From positions 3,720,001-3,784,000 of the forward strand of contig CATOCA020000001.1 in the NCBI GenBank assembly GCA_951406725.2: DNA of 64,000 nt, in the 5' to 3' direction. The position numbers were made by a program, and so were the translations under genes. Each line of letters opens with the position of its first letter. Within the stretch, counting starts at the first letter, position 1. The notes under the pieces are model-generated. The model saw nothing but the letters and a program-made list of their open reading frames with translations. It made no database searches and was not told where the DNA came from. Shown here piece after piece: positions 13,570-26,918 of the stretch. Source of the DNA: Octopus vulgaris. Taxonomy: Eukaryota.

Positions 13570-14860
13570 TGGCGACAGGTAATTTGAATCCTGATAACTT
13601 CACACCCGGTATTTTGACTCCGGTAATTTGACTACCAGTCAATTTCACTCCCGATATTAGAAAAAATAAAACGTTGAATAAGGATAAAATAAAAAGTCGA
13701 GTAAAACCTAAAATTATTACTAAAAGTTTCAATAAAAATGAAGGTTAGGGGCTATTGCTCATATAAAATCCATCTTATTTTCGGGACTATGTCGCTCAAT
13801 ACTTATCCGTTTGCTTATATCCTTTCTTTTATTTTTGTTTGGTCTCGCAGATCCCACCTCCATCAAATTCAACCTGTCTCAGCTGTGCCAAGTGTTCTTC
13901 CCTTCTCAATGCAGTAATTATCTCCATATATTCGGATGTGAACAAATTAAGGAAATTTGTAGGGCGTTGTGAAATCCCTCTAAAAGGTTATTAGTGCGAG
14001 GCATATCCGATTCTGTTTTAAAGCGGACATTCCAACTACCAATAGGAAACTAGGGAGAAGTCCTTTGTAGTCTGATTCCTTTACTTTGCACTCTTCTTAG
14101 GTACGATAATCCAAAGTAGGTCACAAGTTCTAGCAGGAGGATCATCGTCATCTACAAGATGTTCGACAATGGGAAACTAGGGAGAAGTCCTTCGTGGTCT
14201 CATTCCTTTACTTCACACTTATCATAGGTACGATAATCTAAAGTAGGTCACAAGTTCTTGCGGAAGATCATCGTCATCTACAAGATTTTCGACTCCGTCA
14301 ATCTCATCATCGAGACGAAGAATTAGCAATGCTTAAAAACCTCTGATTTTAATGCTAAACTCATTATAACGATGGTATCTGTCCTTCAAGCCAAATTCAC
14401 ATGTTTTCTGTATATATTTTGTGATAGATGAAAAAGACAGCATGAGATGGAAGTAGTAGGAAACAGATACAATGCTATTAATAAGAGCTTTTTCAAAATC
14501 CCTCATAAAATCTTCAGGGCTCAGTCTTTGGAGTAATTCATTTAGCTTATAAAAAAGGCGGCTGTAAGTTTATTTTTGGGTGGGGGTAATGCAAACAACT
14601 GCGGAACACTGAATAACCCCACCTGAATATGATGCATGGATTTTGAAGCACATGAACAATGAGGATCTTCACCAATGTGCTGAATTATGGTATGATCTTC
14701 ATCATGTATCCTAATGTGCACTCGAGCGTTACAGGACATAATTTCGAATTTCCTGTAAGTCTTAGATTCATCAGCGTTTTGTTTCTGTGCTTCATAATAT
14801 GTAATTCATGTCATCCACAAGTCTCTTCCTTCCGCGGATACTGTCAAAAACGTGAGGTAT
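13570..14860 (-). mobile_element. Degenerate Mutator-like (MULE) transposon with FLYWCH-like and transposase remnants
   Basis: Minus strand: RGRKRLVDDMNYI/YEAQ..KTY..CNARVH (~14715-14840) and LVTYFGLSYL..FPIGSWNV..PRTNNLLEGFHNAL..HPNIW (~13925-14130); short subterminal repeats 13575-13660. Confidence 0.75.
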
Positions 14861-15252
14861 GGTGTAAGTATATTTCCTTTATAAGTAACTTTTATATCCT
14901 TGTATGTTTGATAAATAATTTAACGAAGTATTTACACGAACGCACGAGGCTTCCTGTTATACGAGGTTACACGGCTCACAGCGAACTGCTGATAACTCGA
15001 CAGTTCTTTATTCATAGCAAATGTTGTGACAATTCACTTTTAATCATATGGGAGTTGTCGGAATCCTTCCACAACAGTAACGAATGAGGCAAGGATGGAT
15101 CACGGATAAACCTGTAAACTCTTTAAATTAAACATCCGAATGGATAACTGAAAAGGTACTTTCAGTTAACTGAATTACTCTGTAAATAAATCAATCGAAT
15201 AGGTGACTGAAATGATATTTTCAGTTTACCGAATTACCTTGTATATCATCAT

Positions 15253-15292
<40 letters not shown>

Positions 15293-18200
15293 AACAATAA
15301 TCAGTAGAGCACTTAAAATGTGCAAACCTCCGCCGAGACAATACCAACATCCTCTCAACGATGAGCCAGAGATGATTTTTAGAATGAGAATATCTGAAAT
15401 AAACTCGACTGCTCTCACAAACGAGAATACTAAAAGTGAACTCGACCGCTCTCAAAAATTAGATGGAGTAAGCAAATTAATGCTGAAAACGGCAGAATCC
15501 GCATACTTCGCCTCGATGAATGACTCTCACCTCTCTGACTCGTAAATAATTTATGGCACCAATTTATGAAAAGAAATGAGGCTCCAGAAATATATAACGC
15601 GTAACGTTATTGGACCTTCGATCAAGCGCCCGCGCAACACTCAGCTGATCACAACACAGGGTTCAATAAATGTCCAATAATTTTATGATAGTTATTTTAA
15701 CCTATCTCAACAGAGTAGCGTGGTGAGCTTTCAGAAACTAACTTAATGTTTCCAAATATACAATAATAGAAATTGGTCTCGCTACACATCTATCACGTCC
15801 ATATGTTCAGAATATTGCTATTGGTCAGAATTTTACTATTCGTCTAGGCATTATAGCGGAATATGCAAGGGAACAGCACTTCCCTTCTTGGAGCCCATAG
15901 CCAAGATGTGGATGTAACTAATCCAGAATTTGATTCTTCGATAAACCTTGTGCTAACCATTACGGTTTATAATCTACAAGTTCCATTTATATGTTGTGTT
16001 TGTATAGGATTCAACATCTTCGTGCAGTCACGTATTAAAGCTTGCTTGTCAGCCTGGACGTATTACAAATTGTCTGTTGTATGTCATATTTTCACAAGAT
16101 TGTAAGTACTGCAACTACGTGTGACAAGCACCCAATATAGGTTAAGTGTTGTATATTGAGGTAAGGCACAGATGTGTAGATGTCTGTAGATGTGTTTTTG
16201 AACATTGTGAACCTGCAGAGTTAGATTCATAACCAGGTTGTTCGTCATAGTGCTTGTAGTATATTGGGGGCTCATCGTTGTAGAACCTATGGAGATTGTG
16301 GGCAATGGTATGGAGGAGGGGCCATATGAGGACCGAAAGGCAGAGAGAAACAGATCAAGGAGAAGTAAGTTATAGTGAAAAATAATGAAGAATGATTATG
16401 TTTGTGGTTCACAATGAAGAGAGAAAATATGTTAAACGAAACAGCGGAGATGAAAAACAATTATAAAAATGTTGAACGTCTTTGCTGGATTAATTCTCCA
16501 CGCGCAGGGAAGCAACATGTGATATGGGAGAGAGAGAGAAGCATGGACTGATGAGGAAAGTGTATGGGAGAGGCAAAGCTATAAGAGAGAGGAGAGAGAG
16601 AGAGAGAGAAGTAGCAAAAGAGATAGAGAGTGAGTGAAGGAGAAATGTCATGGAGACAGATGTGTTTTCTTCACTGAAAGGAGAATAGAGAAAATATGTG
16701 TTCACAGATAATAACGAAGTGAGGAAATATATATTTTAAAACTTTTTCCTTTATTTCAGTCATGAGACTGCAGCCATGCTGGAGGAGGTGGAGGGCCCCT
16801 GGAATAAGTTTTAGTCGAACGAATTGACCCTAGTACTTTTTTCTAAGTATGGTGAAAATTGCCCAAAGTGCCATGTCACACGATGAGACCGAAAATAAAA
16901 ACGGAATTATGCGGTTGGGAAGCAAACCTAATATTGATGGTCTCAGACGAAATATGGGGGAAATGGGCTATGAAAATGAATAGCATTATATACAGATTAA
17001 TTACACAACGCAAAGGAAATAATCACACTGAATGGTTCTTATGTTGAACATGTCAAAGAGAGCTGTGTAGTATCCGTCGCACTAGACACACAGGTTAGAA
17101 AAGACAGGTCACGCTAGCATGTATAGCATTTGAGAGATTTAAGAAACAGGATCTGGAGCTTGTAGGACATCAGCCAGGGTTGCATTGATAGGTTGCACAT
17201 TTTTGCTTCTCTAATCAGGGTCTAGAAACACATAAGTAAGAGGTTATTAAAATGTGTTTAAAACTAAAGAGATATTATAATGAGACTGGCGTAATTTGTA
17301 TAAGAAACGTTATTTACATGAAATAAACCAGAACTGAAGTAGTCAGATGGAAGAGGGTGAAATGGTGCGACCATCTAATTAGAGGAAACTAAAAAATAAT
17401 TCCTTATTTCAATCGATGTACCAAGACATCTAAAACCACAGGTCATGTAATAAGCAGTAGAAATGACAGAGCTGTTACGATACACGGCTACATATCTTTT
17501 AACAGCAACAAGCAGAGTATAAAAGAAGGGCGTAGCGGTGTTCCGGCTGGCAAGAGAGCGACAAATGATCCGGAAAACAGAAGAGGCTAAAAAGCACACA
17601 CATACATACATACACAAGCATGCACACACACACACACATACACGTACACACACACAGAAATAGACACATGGACTATTGGTTCGGTGCGTTCTGTCCACGA
17701 GAAAAACACTTCCAGTGCAGTCATCTGAGAAGAAATACCAGCAACAACCAAGGGTTAAACTTGCAACAGACTGGCATCTCTTTTAGTGGGGTGTCTTCTA
17801 TCCCCGGGTGTTGGAATATGTTGGATACCGAGAGAGACTGCGGCCTAATGGGCCTGAATATCATGTAGAGAATATAACTAAGAAACTACTTCAATGAAGA
17901 CATTGAGGCGTGCGCAGTCTCGTGTTAGTGTAACATTGATGGAGTGAAAGTAGACATGAACGTGAAGAAGACGAATCTACGTCCGGTGCTTTGATTGGAA
18001 TGTAGCTGTTTGTGAAATGTTGATTACTTGAACAATGACAGTTGAATGACCTGATAATACTAATTAGATAAATGATCGTAAATCTAATCAACATGATACA
18101 TTTTGCAAGTTTTAACATTTTAGTGGAATGTTTAAAATAACAAATGGAATCAATGCCTCTTCCGGTGGTATTTGATCTTAGTCTGCGGGATTACAGTATT

Positions 18201-18454
18201 TCATCTAGAAAACGAACGGTAGCAACAGATCAGATTTAATCCTTTATTTAACAATTCTAAAGCTTACATTGATAACATTAAATTGGCAAGAAGATAGAAT
18301 ATCAATATAATTTCAAATCATGCAATATTTTCTGTTTCAAGCCATAGTGAGGCCCTGAAACTGTTTAAATTACATTATGGTGGATTATACAGTCTCATGC
18401 ATGCATAGTGTTGTATTGAAAGGTACAATTATAGTGTCGTTACAAGGAAAGAAT

Positions 18455-18792
18455 ATTTTATATTATATATGGAGAAAATATTATTTTTGTATTATATATG
18501 GAGAAAATATAATTTTATATTATATATGGAGAAAATATTATTTTATATTATATATGCAGAAAATATTATTTTATATTATATATGGAGAAAATATTATTTC
18601 ATATTATATATGGAGAAAATATTATTTTATATTATATATGCAGAAAATATTATTTCATATTATATATGGAGAAAATATTATTTTATATTATATATGGAGA
18701 AAATATAATTTTATATTATATATGAAGAAAATATTATTTCATATTATATATGGGGAAAATTTTATTTTGTATTATATATGCAGAAAATATCG
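18455..18792. repeat. ~28-bp minisatellite, about 12 copies
   Basis: Unit like tattatatatggagaaaatattatttta. Confidence 0.92.
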
Positions 18793-18850
18793 TTTTATAG
18801 CATAAAATATCATCAAAGACGATTCTTGGAGGCTCTTTTTCGATTTTCAC

Positions 18851-18903
18851 TCAAAAGTTTGTTTCTGCTGTTCTATCCTCTGTTCCATTACCAGTACTTG
18901 AAC
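18851..18903 (-). CDS. Putative terminal coding exon (S/G)SSTGNGTEDRTAETNF*
   Basis: Strong acceptor tttcattatgtttccag; phase 1 matches upstream donors; TGA at 18851-18853; AATAAA (minus) at 18243-18248. Confidence 0.55.
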
Positions 18904-20288
18904 CTGGAAACATAATGAAAAAACATAAAATATAAAAGTTTAAGCACATTAATTACCGGATAGTATGAATTTGTATATATATATATATATGTTTATTTCT
19001 TACTATTTGAACTGTTAGAGCTGTTTTCGCTATGTATCCAGTACAACCCTTAAACAAGTAAATAATATTTCCCTAAACAATAGATCAACGTATTTCAGTT
19101 TGTGACTTATTCACGAATATACCATGAATGACGATGCCTTTCATGTTACTTCAGCCAATTGGCAAGCGCTGATGGCAGAACGGTTCTGCTTTTAGACAAA
19201 TACACTGTCAACACAAAGGTCACATCCTGTTTACATGTAGGAACACTTTCCTAAAATCTATCTGTACATCTTGAAAATGGCCAGCGTGTATATTTCACAG
19301 AAGACAATGCTCGAAACGTAGATCTGAATCCATGAGAAACTACTTTGACAGCGTTCTTCAAATTATGCCAATGTGATCTGTTTGCCCGAACACTGTTGTA
19401 CGTAGAGATCCCCGTGTACTCTACCTGGGCACACAATATATATATGCACACATATATTTATTCATTTATATTTTTTTTAAATAATAAATAACATGACCAT
19501 CCCGAAATATGTATGTGTATATGTATATATATTTTTACATTTTCCCGAGCAATATATAATTTGTTACGGGATTTGACTAGTAAAAATGCTATTGTCTGTT
19601 TCGCGGCCTCTATTGTTGCATTTCCTCAATATTGACCACTACTTAGACATACTGACCGGATGCGCATAAACCTCATTTATATTGATTTGGCAGTGGTAAA
19701 ATGAAATGAATGGAAACGAAGTGAAAAAAATTGTATCATTGTTCAGCAATGGGATGTGATTTATTCCTCTTTTATATCTCTTAGAGATGAGTTAAAGCGT
19801 ATGAGCTGTGTGTGTATCTATCGATCCTAATTCAAAAATTAATATGATCACTTCGAACAAAATGAATTTTCGCTGAGGAAAATTATTTGCAACGTTGAAT
19901 AATTTTCCTGAGTGAATTAAAGAAAGTACTGGAATTGTGTGAATTTTTCTGCCCAGTAGAGTCTGCATCTTCTACTTCTATACAAAATAAGAAGAAAACA
20001 TTTTTGCCCTCGGTTAGACAAACCGTTCCGTAGGGACAAGAAACGGAAAAGCGCAAAATAAAATGCTGATTTATTGAAATTATCCAAGCTTTGAAAAAAT
20101 GTAAATGAATAGTTGTATGTATGAGAGAGAGGGAGGGAGTCTGTGCGCTTGCGTGCACGCGTGGGTGTCCTAAGGTATCATCCGTTGTGGTTGATGATGA
20201 CGACAACGACGAAGAGGATGGTATGGTGATTGATGAAGCTAATTATGACGGTAATGGTGTTAAAAAAATGAAGAAACACGATACTTAC

Positions 20289-20371
20289 TTTCATCAAGCA
20301 AATTCATGTTGAGCAATGCCTGGAATTTGTTCAAAACTTGGGAGATATTGCGCCGCTGTTGACTTTGAACA
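20289..20371 (-). CDS. SEA-like module copy B, exon 3 (shortened): VQSQQRRNISQVLNKFQALLNMNLLDE
   Basis: Homologous to 34994-35148; donor gtaagt conserved; candidate acceptor ctctttaag keeps phase 2 to 1. Confidence 0.5.
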
Positions 20372-20617
20372 CTTAAAGAGATTAATTGTTTTGTTTCAAT
20401 TATTTCTATATTCAAATATAGCTTAGGATTGGATCATCATAGGTAAAATAACCGCATTCAGTATGGTTGAGAACAGAATTAGTGAAGAAGGCTAAAACTA
20501 CAAGCGGGTGACTAAAAGTTAGTGTTAAGAACATATTCGTCCAGTACCGTGGCTTGCCCTCTTTAGCATGTAAGAAATCCACATGGTGGTCTTCCCTCCG
20601 TGTATAAATTTTTATAT

Positions 20618-20661
<44 letters not shown>

Positions 20662-21304
20662 CCTGGTTGGTTTTAAAATGTGTGTTAGCTACCTTAATTA
20701 TTTTATAATCTTCACATTGCCATTTTGTGAAATCAATCACTCATTTTTATGTCATTCTCAATGATATTGACAGGCGGGAGTTAACCTCCACCAGCCGTAA
20801 TGGAGTGAGCATTGCTGATGAGTATTAACTTCTTATAAGAAATTACCATGCTAATCTAATCCATCTGGCTTACCGTGGGGAATGTTCTCCCCACCCCTGC
20901 CAATGCACTATGTGTTTTTTTTTATGGCTAAGGTGTCTATGACTATAATTTAACACAATCACTGGTAAAAGTTTGCAAGACTCAACGAAAAGTTTTAGGA
21001 AAATAAAAATAAGAAATACGTTGAAATGTTACCGGTGAGTGTGTGGAATTATAAGGCACAAAAAGAAAATGGCTCTCCCCAGAGACAACAGAATATGCTT
21101 CAACACACGAACTCATATAAAGAATCTTGCAAACCAAATCCCAAAACGAAATAGTCTATGACTAATATTTCTAATAATGCTGGTGCTCACTGCACTCTTG
21201 TCACCTTTAGTGACTGTGAATTATTTCCCTGTTGGTCTTAAAATGCTGATAGCCGCCTTGATTTATATATACACGCTCATATATATATATATATACATAC
21301 ATAC

Positions 21305-21363
<59 letters not shown>

Positions 21364-21758
21364 TTAACAATTAAGGATAACTTCTTAATAAGGAATCTTA
21401 ACAAGAAATTATCAGGTAGATAGCGTGAAAAACCTCATCAGAGAAAAAATTCGAAAATAATTTTTCCTTTGAACATATTAATTTATATTATATAGAGGGC
21501 ATTATTAACATAAATGCCTCACACTAAGAGGGACATAAGTCATTTCTACCAAAAATTTCACTAATCATACCCAATAAGTTATCCTTAATTGTTAAATTTA
21601 TTCCGAAAAAAACTTTTCCTATCCGAAATGCAGTTCGAAAAAGCCCGCCATTTACCGGATATATGATTTATAAACTTCTCCATGTGCTTCGTTAGAAAGA
21701 GCAGTTGGCTGTTCGACTTCGACAGCGCTGGTAGTTTATTTATGATGTGTTCAGAATC

Positions 21759-21826
21759 AGTTCTACCGATGAGCATGGACGCAAATTTTGATGCGGTGAG
21801 TGCGAAATCACAGGTGATATAGGACT
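21759..21826 (+). ncRNA. Type I hammerhead ribozyme, U4C core variant
   Basis: Stem I AGTTCTA/TAGGACT; CCGATGA; stem II GCAT/GTGC; GAAA; stem III TCAC-AG-GTGA; AUA site after 21819; lies inside inverted-repeat element ~21361-21955. Confidence 0.68.
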
Positions 21827-22047
21827 AAATTCATTTTTAAATGTCTTGCTTTGAAAAACTGCATTGGGTATGATTAGTGAAATTTTTGGTAGAAATGACT
21901 TATGTCCCTCTTAGTGTGAGGCATTTATGTGTAATAATGCCCTCTATATAATATATATATATATATATATTATAAATACGTTCGTATATGTAAGTATATC
22001 GTATGTTGTATATGTATATATTTGTATTTATTTGCTTTTCTGAGTAT

Positions 22048-22106
22048 ATTCCACTGATGAAGGCAGAGCATTTCTTATGCAGAGTCAGAAATCCGGGATC
22101 TGGAAT
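22048..22106 (+). ncRNA. Type I hammerhead ribozyme
   Basis: Stem I ATTCCA/TGGAAT; CTGATGA; stem II GGC..GTC with inner GCAT/ATGC; GAAA; TCC-G-GGA; AUC site after 22100. Confidence 0.72.
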
Positions 22107-22314
22107 TATCCAGAAATGTTTGCTATTCTATTTTGTCTCTTCGTCTTCTCTCCTGGTGCTATATGAACATTTAATGTGGTTTTACAGTCAAGATTTGACT
22201 GCTATTACCCTATATTATAATTGTAAATAATTGTTACCTTTGATGTTTTTTATTCCCATGCTGGCCACCTGATAAAATCGATATTTAAATATTGATCTTA
22301 TCCTTCTGTGTGTG

Positions 22315-22346
<32 letters not shown>

Positions 22347-22350
<4 letters not shown>

Positions 22351-25300
22351 TTGGCATCCTTTTTGTCTCGGGAGACAATGGAGTTGCGCATAAAATAGTC
22401 CAGTCCGGCTTTTATATTTCATATCCTGATACATTTCCTGCTGTGGCTGTGTAGTCCTATCCTGGACAAACACTCCCTCTGGCAGGTACCGCAAATGTAG
22501 CGAAGACTGTTCCTGGCTGGTTGTAATGTCATAGTTTCTTGTTTACGTCTCTTCTTTTCTTTCCATTTCTCCTCTCTCTCTCTGTCACTCCTTTGTATTC
22601 CCTCTTTTACGGTACGTCGCCATTCTCCACGGTTGCCGGCAACTGCCTCCCAACCGCTAATATTGATGTTGCAGGCCTTCATGTCCCTTTTGCAAACATC
22701 CTTGTAACGTAAGATCGGTCTACCCACAGACCTAGTACCCTAGCAAGCTCTCCGTAGAGTATGTCCTTGGGGATTCTGCCATCTTTCATACGGCTAACAT
22801 GCCCAAGCTATCTCATACGTCTTTGTGTGAGGAGTGCAAACATGCTTGGTATTCCTGCTTGCCTGAGGACATCTTTGTTGGGGATATGATTCTGCCATTT
22901 GATGCGGAGGATTTTTCGGAGGCAGCGCAGGTGAAAGATGTTTAGGTGAGGCTCTTGGTGTGTGTATAGCGTGCAAGTCTCACTTCCATACAGTAGAGTG
23001 CTGAGTACACATGCCTGGTAGATCTTCATTTTCGTGGTCTTCATCAGCTTATTGTTGTCCCAAGCCCGTTTGGAGAGTTGGGCCATCGCAGCAGCTGCCT
23101 TTCCAATGCGTATATTGAGCTCAGCGTCAAGGGATAGGTTGTAGGTGACGATAGAGCCCAGATAGGTAAACTTCTCCACCTCTTGTAATCTGTGGTCTCC
23201 AATATGTATGTTTGGGATGTCCGATGTAGCCTGACCCATGATGTTGGTCTTCTTAAGGCTGATAGCTAAGCCAAAGTCGTTACATGCTTGCTCAAAACAG
23301 TCAATGAACCTTTGGAGGGCTTCTTCTGTGTGTGATACCAGAGCGGCATCATCAGCAAATAACATCTCCTTGATCAGGACGTTTCTGATTTTGGTCTTGG
23401 CACACAGGCGCGAGAGATTGAACAGTTTCCCGTCACTTCTACTGTGCAGAAACACTCCATCATCTGATGTCTGAAAGGCTTGTGAGAGTAAGAGCGAGAA
23501 GAAGATGCCAAACAATGTAGGAGCGAGGACACAACCTTGCTTTACCCCGTTTTTTATTTGGAAGGCGGCTGATGTTGAACCGTTGTGCTGTAAGGTGCCT
23601 TGCATGTCATCATGGAAAGACTTGATGATCCTCAGCAGCTTTGGTGGACATCCGATTTTTGGAGCAGGATGAAGAGGCCTGTTCTGCTTACCGAGTCAAA
23701 AGCCTTTTTTATATCAATGAAGGCCATATATAATGGCATTTTCTGCTCTCTGGACTTCTCCTGAAGTTGGCGTACGGAGAATATCATATCGATAGTTGAT
23801 CTGCTTCTTCTAAAGCCACACTGCGATTCCGGATAGATACGAGGAGCAAGTAGTCGTAGCCTTACCAGGATAACGCGGGCAAAGGTCTTTCTAACAGTGC
23901 TTAGAAGAGATATACCACGGTAATTGTTACAATCACCACGGTCACCTTTGTTTTTGTAAAGCGTAATGGTGTTAGCATCCCGCATATCCTGAGGGACTGT
24001 ACCCTCTTCCCAGCACTGACACAGAAGCTCATGAAGATGCCGAAGCAGGATGGGGTTTTTACCGGCTTTGATGATATCTGAGGGGGTGCCGTCTTTTCCC
24101 GGAGACTTAGTTCTTGCTAGGGAGTCAAGAGCCTTGGTGAGCTCTGCTATAGATGGCGGACTGTCAGGTTCGCACATGACTGGCAAGATCTTGACACTCT
24201 CGACTGCAGCCTCAGCCACTGTAGTCTCCCGTGAGTAGAGATCCTGGTAGTGCTCCACCCATCTATCCATTTGCTTGCCTTGATCCGTGATGAGATCTCC
24301 AGAGGGGCTGACTTGGTTGCGGATGGACCGAGGGCCTTCTTCAAACCGGCATACATCCCACAGGTGTCGCCACTGTCAGCAGCTGACTGGATACTCTGAC
24401 AGATTTCCTGCCAATACCCATTTGCACAGCGTCTGGCTGTCAGTTGGGTTTTATTTCGTGCCTTTCTGAGTTCTTCGAGTGACTTTGTAGAAGAATCACT
24501 CTTGTATTGCATCAGAGCTGCACGCTTTGCTTCGATAACTGGCTCCAGCTCTGAGAGCCCAGCATTGAACCAATCTGGGTTTTGCCTTTCTCTCATGCCG
24601 AAAGTATCTATTGATGTCGTATACAAAGCTTCCCTGATATAGTTCCACCTACTTTCAGCAGAGGAGGTTGGGCAGCTACTGAGGGCAACTTTGATAGAAG
24701 CAGCAAAACATTTTCGCAGTGTAGGTTCCGAGGTTCTGGCAGTGTTAATGCGTGGTCGGCCCACTTTCTTGAAGCGATGGACTTTTTTAGGCAGAATCCT
24801 CACCCTACTTCTAATTAGTGAGTGGTCTGTGTCACAATCCGCGCTGTGGTAACTGCGGGTCAATAGAGTAGAATTCAGAAAGGATCTCCGTGTAATGATG
24901 AGATCCAGCTGATGCCAGTGGTGAGATCTTGGATGTCTCCAAGATGCCTTGTGGGAAGGCTTGTTGGTAAAGAATGTGTTTGTGATGCACAGGTTGTGGT
25001 ATGTGCAGAATACGAGTAGTCTCTGACCATTGTCATTCATGTTGCCAATACCAAAGTGTCCAACACAAATGGGCCACGAATCATGGTCAGATCCCACGCG
25101 AGCGTTAAAATCCCCCAGAAGGTAGATATTTTCAGTCGTTGGTATATTTTCTATGACACAGTTGAGATCTTTGTAGAACTGGTACTTGGTCTCCTCTGAG
25201 CTGTAGAGAGTGGGAGCAGAGATGCTGAGTAGATGTACTGAGCCAGAAGAAGTCGAATGGCGCAGTGAGGGGATACGCTCAGTGCCTCCTGATGGTGGTT

Positions 25301-26222
25301 CTATTGAGGAGAGTAATTAGTTTCTCACTAAAAGCCAACGCCATGCTGACGAGGTTCTTCTGGATCGCTTCCTGCCAAAAGGAGGTGAAATCCTGCTCTT
25401 TGAGTTTGCCGTTCGAGGGGAGACTTGTCTCCTGCAGCCCAGCAATATCTATGTTGAGCCTCTTTAGTTCACGGTCAATGATGGCCGTTTTCCTTGTGTC
25501 TTCAACCCTGAGTAGATCATCAGATATTCCAGGGCACATGGTCCTGACATTCCAACTTGCCAACCGCACAACTGGTGTTTTCTTGACTTTTAGTTGTTTG
25601 CCTGGTGCAGAGGTTGCAGGCCGCTTTTCAAGTCATACTTTTAGCTTCAAGCACCCAATGAAGCAGGCGACCTGTGGCGGGTCAGCACCTTATTAACTGG
25701 GGGCTGCCCAGCTTGAGGTGGGCAGTAGCTAACCAATAGGACACGGAGGTCCCTCCCACCGTCAGAGGTAACCCGTAGCGCCCATATTTTACGCCAATCT
25801 GAATAGACTTATCACTCGTGACTGTTACCTCCCGTGTTGTTTCTGCAGCTTTTAACAGCAGCACTGAAGTGTCCTCTCCAGTTTTGCGCAGGCCTGGGCT
25901 ATAGATAAGAAAGTCCTGGGTAGCCCAATCGTCAGGTTTCCTCTCTCGACCTTGCTGATGTAGTCCAAAGGAGTGCAGTGCATTACGTTTGGCACCAGCT
26001 TGGTTGCAGGAGCTGCCGGAAGAGTGTCGAGTCGAACACTAGACCGCCTTCGGGGCTCCACTCCGGATTTCTTTGAAGGTTGTTTCCGTTCCGTAACCCT
26101 GGATAGGGGCCCATACCGGGTACTGTCAGCCGGAGCCAGCTGAGCCCGGAACTCGTGTCAGGCAGGGTCGTCACTCCCTGAAGTAGTGAAGAAGTTCGCT
26201 ACCCACTACCTTTTCAAGTAAT
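22347..26222 (-). mobile_element. Near full-length RTE-clade LINE (5' UTR, APE, RT) with several frameshifts and stops
   Basis: MRLASWNVRT..IAGLQET, GDFNARVG, LCITNTFF, QLDLII, DCDTDH, NYRGISLL, PESQCGFR, GVKQGCVLAP, LFADDAAL, FTYLGS, C-terminal CxxC..H; inserted in (TA)n. Confidence 0.93.
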
Positions 26223-26522
26223 GTTAAATTATTATTAGATTATATATATATATATATATATAGGTATGTATGTGTATGTATATATGCATATATATATATA
26301 TATACACAGTTCTCTCTTTATCTTTATATGGGTTTGTTTGTCCTTTGTATAATAAAACATTGATAAAACACTTAAGCATTTCGTCGAAGGTACGAATTAG
26401 TATATTGTGGGTCACAAGTAAAACACTGTTGATTATGGTGACGTCTAATACATGCGATAAAATCGAATGTTTGGAACAAAACCAAATAAATTTGAATAAA
26501 TGTGTTAGAAGCTTTTGCTTAC

Positions 26523-26575
26523 CCAGGATATTCAACTCGGAATTTTCCAGTCACGGTTAAAAACTCATGCTCCAT
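26523..26575 (-). CDS. SEA-like module copy B, exon 2: MEHEFLTVTGKFRVEYPG
   Basis: cttttgcag acceptor, gtaagc donor, 53 nt, phase 0 to 2; paralog of 37272-37324. Confidence 0.7.
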
Positions 26576-26918
26576 CTGCAAAAGCCAGATGTGTATATAT
26601 ATATATATATGCATACATTAAATTCAAGAAACAAAGTTTGATTTAAAAGCTTTGAGAAGTATAAAAAGATACAGATAAGGAAATAATTTTACATATGTAT
26701 GTATTTATGTGTTTAAGCTGATCAGGCTAACAAAATCGATATCACTATCTACGAAACGTATTGAGCTCACTCACTATTTAAATTGACGTTTTGCATTTCT
26801 TGTATAAAATATGCATGTGTGTGTGTGTGTGTGTGTGTGAGTGTATGCATGTGTGCGCGTGTTCAGCGCGCGCGCGTGTGTGTGTGTTCGGAGAAAGAGA
26901 GGGCAGATATCTACTCAC

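Noticed and set aside
18455-18792. CRISPR-like periodicity
   Set aside because: Head-to-tail units without unique spacers, in eukaryotic DNA.
20803-20852. CTGATGA..GAAA motif (also ~36403-36452)
   Set aside because: Stems II and III do not pair convincingly.
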